Source: Candidatus Obscuribacterales bacterium (GTDB taxonomy: Bacteria > Cyanobacteriota > Vampirovibrionia > Obscuribacterales > Obscuribacteraceae). Taken from it: a stretch of 64,000 bases of DNA. Location: NCBI GenBank assembly GCA_965228855.1, contig CBDDIJ010000002.1, positions 1,696,001 to 1,760,000 of the forward strand. Direction: 5' to 3'. The notes beneath the pieces were generated by a model. That model had not been told where the DNA came from. It saw only the letters and a program-made list of their open reading frames with translations, and did no database searches. How positions within the stretch are numbered: position 1 is the first letter of the stretch; every line of letters starts with the position of its first letter. Positions 39,874-49,308 of this stretch are shown here, piece after piece. Made by a program: the position numbers and the translations under genes.

Positions 39874-40845
39874 ATGACTCAAAATTCAACACGTTCAACA
39901 CCACCACCACCATCAGCCGAAACCGTTCATTTGACAAAGTTGTCGGTAAACGGCGGAGATGTCGGCGAGCATGTTAACTGGCTCGCGCGTCTGATGATGG
40001 TTGGTGTGGGAAGCGGAACCGTTTTGTCCGCGGAAATTATTCCGTCTAACTCACCTGATGAGAACGTCTGGACGCTTGTTCAGCGGTTTCACGAGCAGCA
40101 GTTGATAGCTGAGTGGCACGCGAATTCGGATCGTTTGAAACTGTTGGAAGAAGTGGCGCAGAAAATCGAACGCAACGAGATCGCCCTGACTGACGAAGTT
40201 AGTTCAACCTATGGCACCGTGGGTAGTGTCGCGGTTGCGATTGTTACTCAAGTGAAATCAGGTTTGGAAGCAACCTATCTCGAGTTCGAGAAACAGTTTC
40301 AGTCGGCTCAAGCGAAGCAGCGAGGGTATCGCGGTGTCTATCTGCAACCGCCGACCAAGAAGACTCCAGGCATTTGGACGACGTTGATTCGGTTCGATTC
40401 ACCGGATGCCCTGGACGAATGGTTTGTGTCCGAGGAGCGGAAGAAGCTGCTCGCGCTTTCCGATCCGGTAGTGAGTTCCACCGACTACCAGACGGTGAAT
40501 GGATCGTTTCCGGGCTGGTTCCCCGCGCAAGAAACCGGCGGGAAAGGACCGCCCAATTGGAAAACAGCTCTGCTGATTCTTCTCGGTTTGTATCCTATCG
40601 TGATGCTGGAAATTCGTTTTCTTAACCCGGCGTTGCACGATTTGAATTCGGCAATTGCCAACTTCATCGGCAACAGCATAAGTGTGGCATTGACGACATG
40701 GCTTACCATGCCGCTTGCCATCAAGTTCTTCACGCCGTGGCTGTTTCCCAAAAAAGACACGCCTGCATGGGTGGGTCCAGCCGGTGTTGCTCTGATCGTT
40801 GTGATTTTCGCGGTGGAAATAGCGCTTTTATGGAGGTTGCTCTAA
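39874..40845 (+). CDS. Antibiotic-biosynthesis-monooxygenase (ABM)-like two-domain protein with C-terminal TM helices
   Basis: RGYRG...WTTLIRFDSPDALDEWFVSEER, FPGWF, PPNWKTALLILLGLYP; TAATG coupling to the next gene. Confidence 0.8.
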   Translation: MTQNSTRSTPPPPSAETVHLTKLSVNGGDVGEHVNWLARLMMVGVGSGTVLSAEIIPSNSPDENVWTLVQRFHEQQLIAEWHANSDRLKLLEEVAQKIERNEIALTDEVSSTYGTVGSVAVAIVTQVKSGLEATYLEFEKQFQSAQAKQRGYRGVYLQPPTKKTPGIWTTLIRFDSPDALDEWFVSEERKKLLALSDPVVSSTDYQTVNGSFPGWFPAQETGGKGPPNWKTALLILLGLYPIVMLEIRFLNPALHDLNSAIANFIGNSISVALTTWLTMPLAIKFFTPWLFPKKDTPAWVGPAGVALIVVIFAVEIALLWRLL

Positions 40846-43800
40846 TGTCCGAATCAACAATCAATGCGGAGGAGCGCTGCCACGATGAGGAAGTTGCGTA
40901 TTCCGACCAGCTGGTTTTCTGGTTGAATGGAACTCGCGTGCAGGTCAGCAATCCGGACCCGTCGGTGATGCTCACTGAATATTTGCGTAAGGCTGGATAT
41001 ACGGGTACGAAAGTTGTTTGCGAGCAAGGTGGTTGTGGTGCCTGCACCGTGATGGTCTCGCACAAAAATCCGGTCGACGGATCGCCTGTCCATCGCCCTG
41101 TTAACGCTTGTTTGAAACCGCTTTGCTCTGTCGATGGCACGGTCGTCACGACAACTGAAGGGATTGGAAACGTTCACGATGGACTCGATCCGACGCAGTA
41201 CTGTATCGCTAAATTTAACGGCAGTCAGTGCGGTTTTTGCACGCCTGGATTCGTGATGAATACGCATGCGCTTTTGCAGAAAAATCCGGACGCGACGCAA
41301 CAGGATATTGAAGATAGTTTCGGTGGCAATCTGTGTCGTTGTACCGGCTATCGTCCAATCCTGCACGGCATGCGCACTCTCGCCAGTGATTACGATCAGT
41401 CCTGCGACCAATCGCAGAATTGTTTGGTCGACCCTTCTTTTAAAGTTCATTGCAAACCGGAGCTTACACAAGTAAACCTCGACGAACTGCCGTCGCACGA
41501 ATTGCCAGTGCGGGAGCTGCATTTTACGGGATTCGGTGCGGAGTGGTTTCGCCCATCGAGTTTGAAGCAAGTGCAAACGCTGAAGAAAAAATTCAGCAAA
41601 GAGCATGGCAAAGCGAACGTTAAACTGGTCGTCGGCAACACTGCTTCTGGGATCTACCAAGATGAGAAACCCCGGATCTTCATCGATTTGACTGCTGTGC
41701 GTGAATTGGCTGAAATTCGCGAGGCAAAAGATGGAATTGTTGTGGGCGCGAATGTTCCGATTCAAGAGTTACTTGATTTTGTCGGGCCGGTTATCGATAA
41801 ACGTAGTTCTGAGGAAACAAAAGGGCTGCAAGAGTTGAAACGTCATGGCGCGTTCGTCGCTGGTCTGCAAGTGCGGAGTGCAGGCAGCATTGCCGGCAAT
41901 ATTTTCATGACGCGCGATCATGCCGAACATGGCGGACCTTTCCCATCGGACATCTTCACCGTATTCGGTGCTCTCGGTACATCGTTAACCATTGCATCTT
42001 CGGAGTTTGATGGTGGTTCGAAGACTTGGCTTTTGACCGATATGCCGGCCGTTTCCTCATTGCCGGACGATGCTGTAATTTTGTCTTTCCACATTCCATT
42101 CACTCGTGAACGCGAGTACGTTCAAACATACAGAATTGCGCGGCGAGTGCAGATGGCTCACCCGGTTGTAAACGCGGGGTTGCGCGTCCGTCTGGATGAG
42201 AAAAACGCAGTGCTGCCCGGGGAAATTTGCATCGTATTTGGTGGCTTGGCGTCTATCAACGGCCGCATGCCGAAGACAGAGAAATTTCTTGAAGGCAAGG
42301 TCTGGAGCAACGATACTCTCAAGTCCGCGGTTGAAACCCTTTGCGCCGAGGTTGAAGAAATCACGATACCGATGGACGAGGAAGGTTTCACCAACGAGTA
42401 CCGGATGCAACTGGCGCTCAACTTCTTCTACAAATTTTTCTTGCATGTGGCGATGACTGTGGACCCGTCGATGGTATCACCGGAAAATCAATCAGGGGCA
42501 TTCCACGACGAGCGCCCGCTGTCGCAGGGGACGCAAGAGTACCAGGAGTATCCGGAACTTTATCCGCTCACCAAGCCAATCGTTAAGCGAGCGGCATTCG
42601 TTCAAGCATCCGGCGAAATCAAATACAGTTTGGATATGACTCTGCCGGTTGGTGGCTTGCATGGTGCCATGGTGAAGAGTGGTCGTGCTCATGCGAAATT
42701 CTCATTCACGAAGAACGTTCCGGGGCTTGAGGCGCTGAAGGACCTGCTGGCAAAACAGTTTCCAGGGTTCAAGGATCTGGTTACCTGCGAGGATGTTCCC
42801 GAAGGTGGGGAACGCTACATTGGCTTGAACAACGATGATCCGATTTTTTCGGACGGGGTCGTCACTTCTGTTGGTGCACCAATCGGCATGGTTCTGGCTG
42901 AGAGTATCGAGATTGCGCGCGAAGCGAGTCGGTTTATCGAAAAGGAATGTATTCAGTACGAGGACCTTCCTGCTGTAATTACGCTTGAGGACGCGATAAA
43001 GCAAAATACGGCGATGCCGATGGTTCGTACGGCCAAGGATCTGGATGAGGACATTCAACAGCGCATTCCTACCATTACGCGGGACGGAAGCGATATGGCG
43101 TGGTTGGAGAATCCGAAGGAGGCGATGCCTGGTACAGAAGTTGTTCATGGCACCTTCCGCACATCGTCTCAGGCGCACTTCTATTTGGAAAACATGTGCG
43201 CGTTGGCTGTTCCTGGACCATACGATCAGACGACTGTTTATTGCTCGACGCAAAATCCGAATGGAACCCAAGCGGCAATTGCGCGGGCTCTAGGTGTGAA
43301 GAACAATCAAATCTCTGTAGTCATCGAGCAAGTTGGTGGCGGATTTGGTGGCAAGCAGCACCGCGCGAATATCGTCGGTGCGCAGGCTGCGGTGGCAGCA
43401 CGCAAAGTGAAGAAGGGCGTGCGGCTCATGTACGACCGCTCGACCGATATGCAGGCAGTTGGAAAACGGCATCCGTACGCCGGCGAGTATCACGTCGCGT
43501 ACACGCGCGATGGCATCATAAAGGGAATGCGTATCGACCTGAATTCGGACGGCGGAGATACATATGATTGTACATTTGCTGTAATGGATTCGAGCTTGCT
43601 TAACGCCGATCAGGCGTACATGATTGAAACCTTGCAAGCCAATGGGACCGCTTATCGCACCAACAAGGCTAGCAATACCGCGTTCCGTTCCTTCGGTGTC
43701 GTGCAGGCCTGGGCGATTACTGAGAACGCAATCGAACACGTCGCCTGGAAATTGTCGCAGGACCTTGGACGCAAGGTCACTGCCGAAGAAATTCGATATA

Positions 43801-45020
43801 AGAACATGTATCGCAATGGAACAAAAGATTCCTGGGACGTGACGCACTTTGGACAGGAACTTGACTTCTGCAACATTCGCGATATCTGGGATGACCTTCA
43901 CAAGTCATCCGATTTCGATGCGCGTCAGAAGGAAGTCGAAGAGTTTAATAGTAAAAATCGCTGGCGCAAGCGGGCGATTGTAATGGTGCCGCAGAAGCAT
44001 GGAATTGGTTTCACAGAACCGCGTGGCTCTCTCAACTCGTCGAGTGCACTTGTGACGGTCAACATGGCAGATGCGTCCGTGCTCGTTTACCACGGCGGTG
44101 TCGAGATGGGTCAAGGTGTTAACACCAAGATTGCTCAGCTAGCAGCGAACACTCTTGGGATACCACTATCCATGGTGCGCATTGGTGGTAACAACACTGA
44201 TGCCATTCCGAATGCTCCTGCAACAGCGGCATCAACCGGTTTCGACTTGAACGGTGGTGCAGTCGAGCAAGCTTGCCGTGTTTTGCGGAAACGCTTAGAA
44301 GGCCTTTGCCGAGATCTGGAGCAGTTTACGCCTCACAATCGCATTGAAGATTGGCGTACCAATTGGGCCGAAAAGTGGCCTGAGATTGTTTTCAAAGCCT
44401 GGTTCGAGCGAGTGAATCTAAGCGTGGCGGAACTCTACAAGACTCCGCATTATAAGGGACCGACCGACCGCAACCCGCGTGGCAAGCCGTTCCTCTACTT
44501 CGCTTACGGTGCCGCCGTAAATGAAGTTGAAATCGATGTGCTCACGGGTGAGTTTAAAATTCTTCGAGCTGATGTTGTCTGCGACGTCAATAAATCGCCA
44601 AATCCGGCGATTGATATCGGGCAGTTGGAAGGCGGATTCGTACAGGGCATCGGCTTCGCGACCACCGAGGAATTGATATACGACCACAACGGCAAATTAG
44701 TCACGGATAATATCTGGAGCTACAAGCCACCATGCACGAAAACAATTCCGATTGATTTCAGAGTGCGCTTGCATCCCGTCGATGAAGAACGAAACCAGCG
44801 CGAAGCGCTCGCTGAGAAGCATGCGGTTAAGATGTCGAAGTCGTTTACCGAATCGTCTTACACGCTGGGAGCATCGACGTACATTGCGATCAAGCAAGCC
44901 ATCAAAGAAGCGCGCCAGCAGCTCACAGGGAAAAACGAATGGCTCGACATGGATCTGCCCATGACTTGCCAGCGCATCAGCGACCTCTGTGCAGTTTCGA
45001 AGGAGCATTTGACGCTTTAA
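40845..45020 (+). CDS. Single-chain xanthine dehydrogenase/aldehyde oxidase-family molybdo-flavoenzyme (2Fe-2S, FAD, Moco), 1391 aa
   Basis: GTKVVCEQGGCGAC, QCGFCTPG, GNLCRCTGY; LVVGNT and AGSIAGN (FAD); QAHFYLE, GGGFGGK, TAFRSFG, GGVEMGQG, DIGQLEGGFVQG; GGAGG RBS before ATG at 40845. Confidence 0.93.
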   Translation: MSESTINAEERCHDEEVAYSDQLVFWLNGTRVQVSNPDPSVMLTEYLRKAGYTGTKVVCEQGGCGACTVMVSHKNPVDGSPVHRPVNACLKPLCSVDGTVVTTTEGIGNVHDGLDPTQYCIAKFNGSQCGFCTPGFVMNTHALLQKNPDATQQDIEDSFGGNLCRCTGYRPILHGMRTLASDYDQSCDQSQNCLVDPSFKVHCKPELTQVNLDELPSHELPVRELHFTGFGAEWFRPSSLKQVQTLKKKFSKEHGKANVKLVVGNTASGIYQDEKPRIFIDLTAVRELAEIREAKDGIVVGANVPIQELLDFVGPVIDKRSSEETKGLQELKRHGAFVAGLQVRSAGSIAGNIFMTRDHAEHGGPFPSDIFTVFGALGTSLTIASSEFDGGSKTWLLTDMPAVSSLPDDAVILSFHIPFTREREYVQTYRIARRVQMAHPVVNAGLRVRLDEKNAVLPGEICIVFGGLASINGRMPKTEKFLEGKVWSNDTLKSAVETLCAEVEEITIPMDEEGFTNEYRMQLALNFFYKFFLHVAMTVDPSMVSPENQSGAFHDERPLSQGTQEYQEYPELYPLTKPIVKRAAFVQASGEIKYSLDMTLPVGGLHGAMVKSGRAHAKFSFTKNVPGLEALKDLLAKQFPGFKDLVTCEDVPEGGERYIGLNNDDPIFSDGVVTSVGAPIGMVLAESIEIAREASRFIEKECIQYEDLPAVITLEDAIKQNTAMPMVRTAKDLDEDIQQRIPTITRDGSDMAWLENPKEAMPGTEVVHGTFRTSSQAHFYLENMCALAVPGPYDQTTVYCSTQNPNGTQAAIARALGVKNNQISVVIEQVGGGFGGKQHRANIVGAQAAVAARKVKKGVRLMYDRSTDMQAVGKRHPYAGEYHVAYTRDGIIKGMRIDLNSDGGDTYDCTFAVMDSSLLNADQAYMIETLQANGTAYRTNKASNTAFRSFGVVQAWAITENAIEHVAWKLSQDLGRKVTAEEIRYKNMYRNGTKDSWDVTHFGQELDFCNIRDIWDDLHKSSDFDARQKEVEEFNSKNRWRKRAIVMVPQKHGIGFTEPRGSLNSSSALVTVNMADASVLVYHGGVEMGQGVNTKIAQLAANTLGIPLSMVRIGGNNTDAIPNAPATAASTGFDLNGGAVEQACRVLRKRLEGLCRDLEQFTPHNRIEDWRTNWAEKWPEIVFKAWFERVNLSVAELYKTPHYKGPTDRNPRGKPFLYFAYGAAVNEVEIDVLTGEFKILRADVVCDVNKSPNPAIDIGQLEGGFVQGIGFATTEELIYDHNGKLVTDNIWSYKPPCTKTIPIDFRVRLHPVDEERNQREALAEKHAVKMSKSFTESSYTLGASTYIAIKQAIKEARQQLTGKNEWLDMDLPMTCQRISDLCAVSKEHLTL

Positions 45021-45144
45021 CTCCTCGGGCGATCTGTAAGCGTTTTCTTCGAGCGAGATCGTTCTTCGATTATCCGTTCGAGCTAGACCCAATCGTGAGC
45101 TAATTGTTGAGCATTCAGATTGCTCTGACTGCGTGTGTGAACGG

Positions 45145-45801
45145 TCAATCGTTCGAGAAAAACAGCGTGGTGACTTGCGCGCTTTTGTCCATTGATTTCG
45201 CGTTGACGGTAAGACCCGGACGTTTAAGCGAACTCTCTTTTGTGCATCCTTCTACCACGTCGACTTGCTTGAGTGGACCGAACATTGTCTGAGCGTCCTG
45301 AACTGTGCCAGGAGTTTCAGAAAGAAGTTGTTCGGAAACATAAACTTCGATCGCATTAATCACATGCGTACTATCCGAAATCCACATCCGAACCGGCGCT
45401 TTGAAAACCCATTGCGTGCCACCGGGACCACCGGTGTGCGATTTTTCCGCCTTGCCGAATTTCTTTTCGGCGTCGGGCAGGGTGCTCTTCCCGACGACCA
45501 AACCATTCCAGCCAATCTCAGGTTTCCAATTCAATTTGCGTACTCCTTTCTTGTATTTTGGTCCGGAATAGGCTGCCTTGATTGCGGTATCATCGACGGT
45601 GCGCAGTGGTATCGGTGGCGGTAAAGTTTCGTCTGCTGTTGCGATGTTCGTCTCTGATCGCACGTTTCCTTCGGAGTCTGGCATCTGCGCCTTGGGCGAT
45701 AAGACATCCTCTGCGTCTGCCGCCTGCACCTGTGGAGAGTGCCATGAGAACTGGCAAATGAGGAGCGAAGCCATCAACAATTTTCTAGTGCGGCTTCGCA
45801 T
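45145..45801 (-). CDS. Hypothetical secreted protein
   Basis: Signal peptide ending VQA; start overlaps the upstream gene end by 17 nt. Confidence 0.75.
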   Translation of the reverse strand: MRSRTRKLLMASLLICQFSWHSPQVQAADAEDVLSPKAQMPDSEGNVRSETNIATADETLPPPIPLRTVDDTAIKAAYSGPKYKKGVRKLNWKPEIGWNGLVVGKSTLPDAEKKFGKAEKSHTGGPGGTQWVFKAPVRMWISDSTHVINAIEVYVSEQLLSETPGTVQDAQTMFGPLKQVDVVEGCTKESSLKRPGLTVNAKSMDKSAQVTTLFFSND

Positions 45802-47557
45802 GCTGTTTCCCTTTTGACTCGTCGATAAACGAAGGATTCTTCACCAGGCTTCCGTTCTCCGCCCGCAAATATTGGAAATTGCCCTTACTATCAGGTGGAT
45901 AACCTTTATTGATGTCAGCCTGGTCGATTCGACGAATCATATCATAAAGGTTTTGGAACGGCTTGATTGCGTGTCTGTAGTGACCACCAAGACGGTACGC
46001 CGTCAGGCACTCGGACATCTCTTCTTTTGGATTTTGCATGTAGTCTGTCGGAGGTGTGATCAAAGCATCCGCTCGTACTTGCGCTGATGTTGCCGCGCCG
46101 AGTTTAATCGCGTTGTCGTTCTTGTCCAGTCGATATCTTGTCCACTTCGTGGAATCAAGCAAGTCACATTTGTAGAGATCGCCGTTCTTCCCTTTCAGAT
46201 AAAACTGTTTATCCTTGCCTCGAACCCAACCGGCTTCATGAGCAAACATTTCTTCGATCGACTCATGCGTGGGAGTAGTTTTTGTTTTAAAACCAATGCG
46301 CTCCTGTGCACCATGCGTCAATTCGTGAACCACTTGATACTCTGTAGAGCGTCCCCAGTTGCCGACCTTATCGAGTTCCGTCGGAACGTTTGTATCTGTT
46401 GTCGGGTCCATGAAAACCTTCGGAGGTTCACCGTATTCATAGTTCGCTCCAATCGGTCTACCGCTTATATGGTGCTGTCCTGCGCGGATGAATACAAACT
46501 CCAGCGCCTTGCCGGTTGCCGAATATTGTGATGGTGCGCTGTGGCTCAATCCCGCCTCAATGCCAATCAACTCATCAAGTCGGGGCGCGCGACAATGCGC
46601 TATTTCGCTGGTTGGTTGAAGATTTGCGTCTAAAACAAAGCCGGCCGTTTCGGTGTCAGTACTGAAGGTCACTCCATACATCGCAGTCAATCTGCTTTCC
46701 TGAGCTTTCACCATTTCGTGCAATCTCTTTTCTGCGCCTGCAATGTCGTCCGACTTTGACGAGAGCAATAGATTATCTCGTCCGTATGCTCGCATGTGGT
46801 ACTCCGCTTGATCGCCGTTCATAACGATCTTGACACCGAATTGCTTTTCGATGGCTATTTGCGATGGTGTCAAATGCGGTGCCCTGTCGGATGGAGCGGC
46901 TGCGTCTCTTCTGAATTCTCTGACTGTCGGCGGTTCCGCATTCAGTTCTTGTTGCTTGGAACTAATAGGTGCCGTATTCATTTCTTGTTGCGCGGAAGCA
47001 ATCGATGCCGTACGCAGTTCTTGTGGCGTGGACCGATTCGATGCCAGATTCAAGTCTGCCGCAGCAGTTTCACTCGTTGCAGAAATTGTCGGGTAGATCT
47101 TCGTCGCTTTGGCGAGAACCTTTTTAATTTCCAGTTCTTCCGATTCGTTCGGAAGCTTTTCATTTCTGATTTCACCGAGCTCTTTCAATAACAATTCAGC
47201 CGTTTGGTCTCCTCCAGTTGCTCGGGAACGCAGATCTTGTTCGGTTATAATTTCCGAGGAGTGTCGAACTTGCCCGCTGCCGGGTGCGCGTTCTGCGATC
47301 ACAGTTGTTTTACCCTCTGTGATTGCAACAAGCGTAAAGCTGCCATCGTCAGGATTCCCGCCTGCTGAGCCGCTGTGTCGGTCCGGATTTGCATCGCGAG
47401 CTTGAGCGAGAGCATCACCAGTCGCGTTGCGCACTACGGTCGCATCGGGGGCTTGTTCCAGCCTTGCGGCCGACTCCTGTTGATTCTCGCCGATCTTTTC
47501 AGAACTGCTTTTGGCGCACTCGCCTTGTTGATGCTCGCCCGGTTGATGCTGAGTCAT
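45785..47557 (-). CDS. Hypothetical protein with C-terminal zincin-like HEXXH domain
   Basis: VVHELTHGAQ and downstream NPKEEMSE; low-complexity N-terminal half; no signal peptide; GAGG RBS. Confidence 0.7.
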   Translation of the reverse strand: MTQHQPGEHQQGECAKSSSEKIGENQQESAARLEQAPDATVVRNATGDALAQARDANPDRHSGSAGGNPDDGSFTLVAITEGKTTVIAERAPGSGQVRHSSEIITEQDLRSRATGGDQTAELLLKELGEIRNEKLPNESEELEIKKVLAKATKIYPTISATSETAAADLNLASNRSTPQELRTASIASAQQEMNTAPISSKQQELNAEPPTVREFRRDAAAPSDRAPHLTPSQIAIEKQFGVKIVMNGDQAEYHMRAYGRDNLLLSSKSDDIAGAEKRLHEMVKAQESRLTAMYGVTFSTDTETAGFVLDANLQPTSEIAHCRAPRLDELIGIEAGLSHSAPSQYSATGKALEFVFIRAGQHHISGRPIGANYEYGEPPKVFMDPTTDTNVPTELDKVGNWGRSTEYQVVHELTHGAQERIGFKTKTTPTHESIEEMFAHEAGWVRGKDKQFYLKGKNGDLYKCDLLDSTKWTRYRLDKNDNAIKLGAATSAQVRADALITPPTDYMQNPKEEMSECLTAYRLGGHYRHAIKPFQNLYDMIRRIDQADINKGYPPDSKGNFQYLRAENGSLVKNPSFIDESKGKQHAKPH

Positions 47558-47656
47558 CTGCTGACCTCAAACGCGTACCTGATTTTTTATACCCGAAGTT
47601 CCGCGAGAGTCAGGTTATGCGAGTCTCCGCCGCGAGAGTCTCGGAACGTGTAATAA

Positions 47657-47726
47657 TTGTCAAGCAAGCTGTTAACTGGTAGAATTTTACGTATTAGTGA
47701 CGATTTGTTGGTTTAATACGTAAAAT
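47657..47726 (+). promoter_or_regulatory. sigma70-type promoter and inverted-repeat operator of hipBA
   Basis: TTGTCA (47657)-17 nt-TAGAAT (47680); perfect 13-bp inverted repeat attttacgtatta (47684-47696) / taatacgtaaaat (47714-47726). Confidence 0.75.
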
Positions 47727-47727
47727 A

Positions 47728-48048
47728 ATGCAGTTTGATTTGTCCACTGCTGACGAAATAGCCGAGCAGTTTGGAGAACGACTTCGTGCTCACAGACTTG
47801 CTCAGAATCTCCAGCAGAGTGAGCTGGCCGCCCGCGCCGGAATTTCAGAGCGCTGCTTGAGCAATTTTGAGCGTTCTGGTCGTGGAACGTTTGACGTTTT
47901 CTTGCGAATAGTAATGGCTCTGGGCTTAGTGGGTGCCATGGAGACTCTATTCGAGGTGCGACCGCGATCCATAAGGGCAATGGAGGAGGCTAGTATTCGA
48001 AGGAAGAGAGCTTCGAAAAGAACGAGGCGGCAAGATGAAAAAGCTTAG
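47728..48048 (+). CDS. hipB: XRE-family HTH antitoxin (HipB-like)
   Basis: RLRAHRLAQNLQQSELAARAGISERCLSNFE; overlaps the hipA start. Confidence 0.85.
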   Translation: MQFDLSTADEIAEQFGERLRAHRLAQNLQQSELAARAGISERCLSNFERSGRGTFDVFLRIVMALGLVGAMETLFEVRPRSIRAMEEASIRRKRASKRTRRQDEKA

Positions 48049-49258
48049 TGTTGTCTATGTGGGGTGGGGAGAGCGCTTTGTTCTGGGAACTCTTGCTGAC
48101 GACGGTCGAGACCTTCTTTTTGAATACACTTCCGAAGCAATAAAAAGGGGTCTTGAACTTTCTCCTCACAAACTACCATTGGTCGAGAAAACATACGGCG
48201 ACTTTCCAGCCCATCAACTTAGATTGCCGGGAATCGTAAGTGACGCTTTGCCTGATGGTTGGGGGATGCTGCTGATGGATCGTCTCTTCCGAAAACAGGG
48301 ACGACGTTTGAATGATGTATCTCCATTAGACAGACTCGCTTTCATTGGAGATAGGGCTATGGGCGCTCTCGTATTCGAGCCGCCAGAGAAAGAAGCGCTG
48401 AAGCATGAGGACATTCAGCTCCTTGACCTGGCGCATGAAACCAGAGAGGTTCTTTCCGCAGACAGCGAAGATTTGCTGCGGAAGCTTGTCCTCATGGGCG
48501 GTTCTCCTCACGGAGCACGTCCAAAAGTTTTAGTATCTTTTGATCGCGCAAATAATCGAATGACCAATTGGGAAGGCCGCAGCGGAACGCCGATGTTGGT
48601 CAAATTTCCTGCGCAAAATGAGCACAAGGAAGTTTGTGCAATTGAAGTAATGTATGCTCGCATTGCCGATGCTTGTGGGCTAGAAGTGCCGCCAACCGAA
48701 TATTTTGATCTAGACAAAGACCTGTCTGCCTTCGGTATTGAGCGCTTCGATCGCGCTGATGGTTTGAGAGTACCCGTGCATACAGCCGCTGGTGCGGCGC
48801 ATGCCGACTTTCGAATACCGCAACTGGATTACGTAAACCTATTGAGACTGACTCGGCGCATGACAGGCGACGAGCGGGAAGTTGTCCGCGCCTACGAACG
48901 ATGTGTTTTTAATGTGATCTTCAATAACCGAGACGATCACTCAAAGAACTTTTCGTTTTTATTAGGTCGCGACGATCGATGGCGGTTGTCGCCTTCATAT
49001 GATTTGTCGTTTTGCGAGGGACCAAGCGGTGAACATCAAATGGACATATGCGGAGAGGCTCGTGAACCAGGTATTAATCAAATGATGGAACTGGCTAAGC
49101 AAGGCGGTATCACAACCAGATGCGCAAAGGAGGTAATTGAACGCATTGCGACTGTGGCGGAGCGATTTGAAGAGTTTGAGAATAGTTTGCCGATTCGTAA
49201 GCGGACGCTAAAGCAAATGGTGGCAGCTGTTAATGCGAATAGAAACCGGCTGGTATGA
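48035..49258 (+). CDS. hipA: HipA-family toxin kinase
   Basis: DALPDGWG, GSPHGARPK, LVKFP, NRDDHSKNFSF, LSPSYDL. Confidence 0.93.
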   Translation: MKKLSVVYVGWGERFVLGTLADDGRDLLFEYTSEAIKRGLELSPHKLPLVEKTYGDFPAHQLRLPGIVSDALPDGWGMLLMDRLFRKQGRRLNDVSPLDRLAFIGDRAMGALVFEPPEKEALKHEDIQLLDLAHETREVLSADSEDLLRKLVLMGGSPHGARPKVLVSFDRANNRMTNWEGRSGTPMLVKFPAQNEHKEVCAIEVMYARIADACGLEVPPTEYFDLDKDLSAFGIERFDRADGLRVPVHTAAGAAHADFRIPQLDYVNLLRLTRRMTGDEREVVRAYERCVFNVIFNNRDDHSKNFSFLLGRDDRWRLSPSYDLSFCEGPSGEHQMDICGEAREPGINQMMELAKQGGITTRCAKEVIERIATVAERFEEFENSLPIRKRTLKQMVAAVNANRNRLV

Positions 49259-49308
49259 ATTGATATTTTGGTTGTGAATCAATGCTTTGGTTTTGAATTG
49301 ATGCCTTG

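Noticed and set aside
40698..40844. 49-aa Cys-rich N-terminal extension of the molybdoenzyme in the ORF track
   Set aside because: It overlaps the ABM gene; the GGAGG RBS and TAATG coupling support a start at 40845.
47598..47647. Duplicated ccgcgagagtc flanked by gttccg/cggaac
   Set aside because: Only two short copies with no assignable function; not a CRISPR or IS end.
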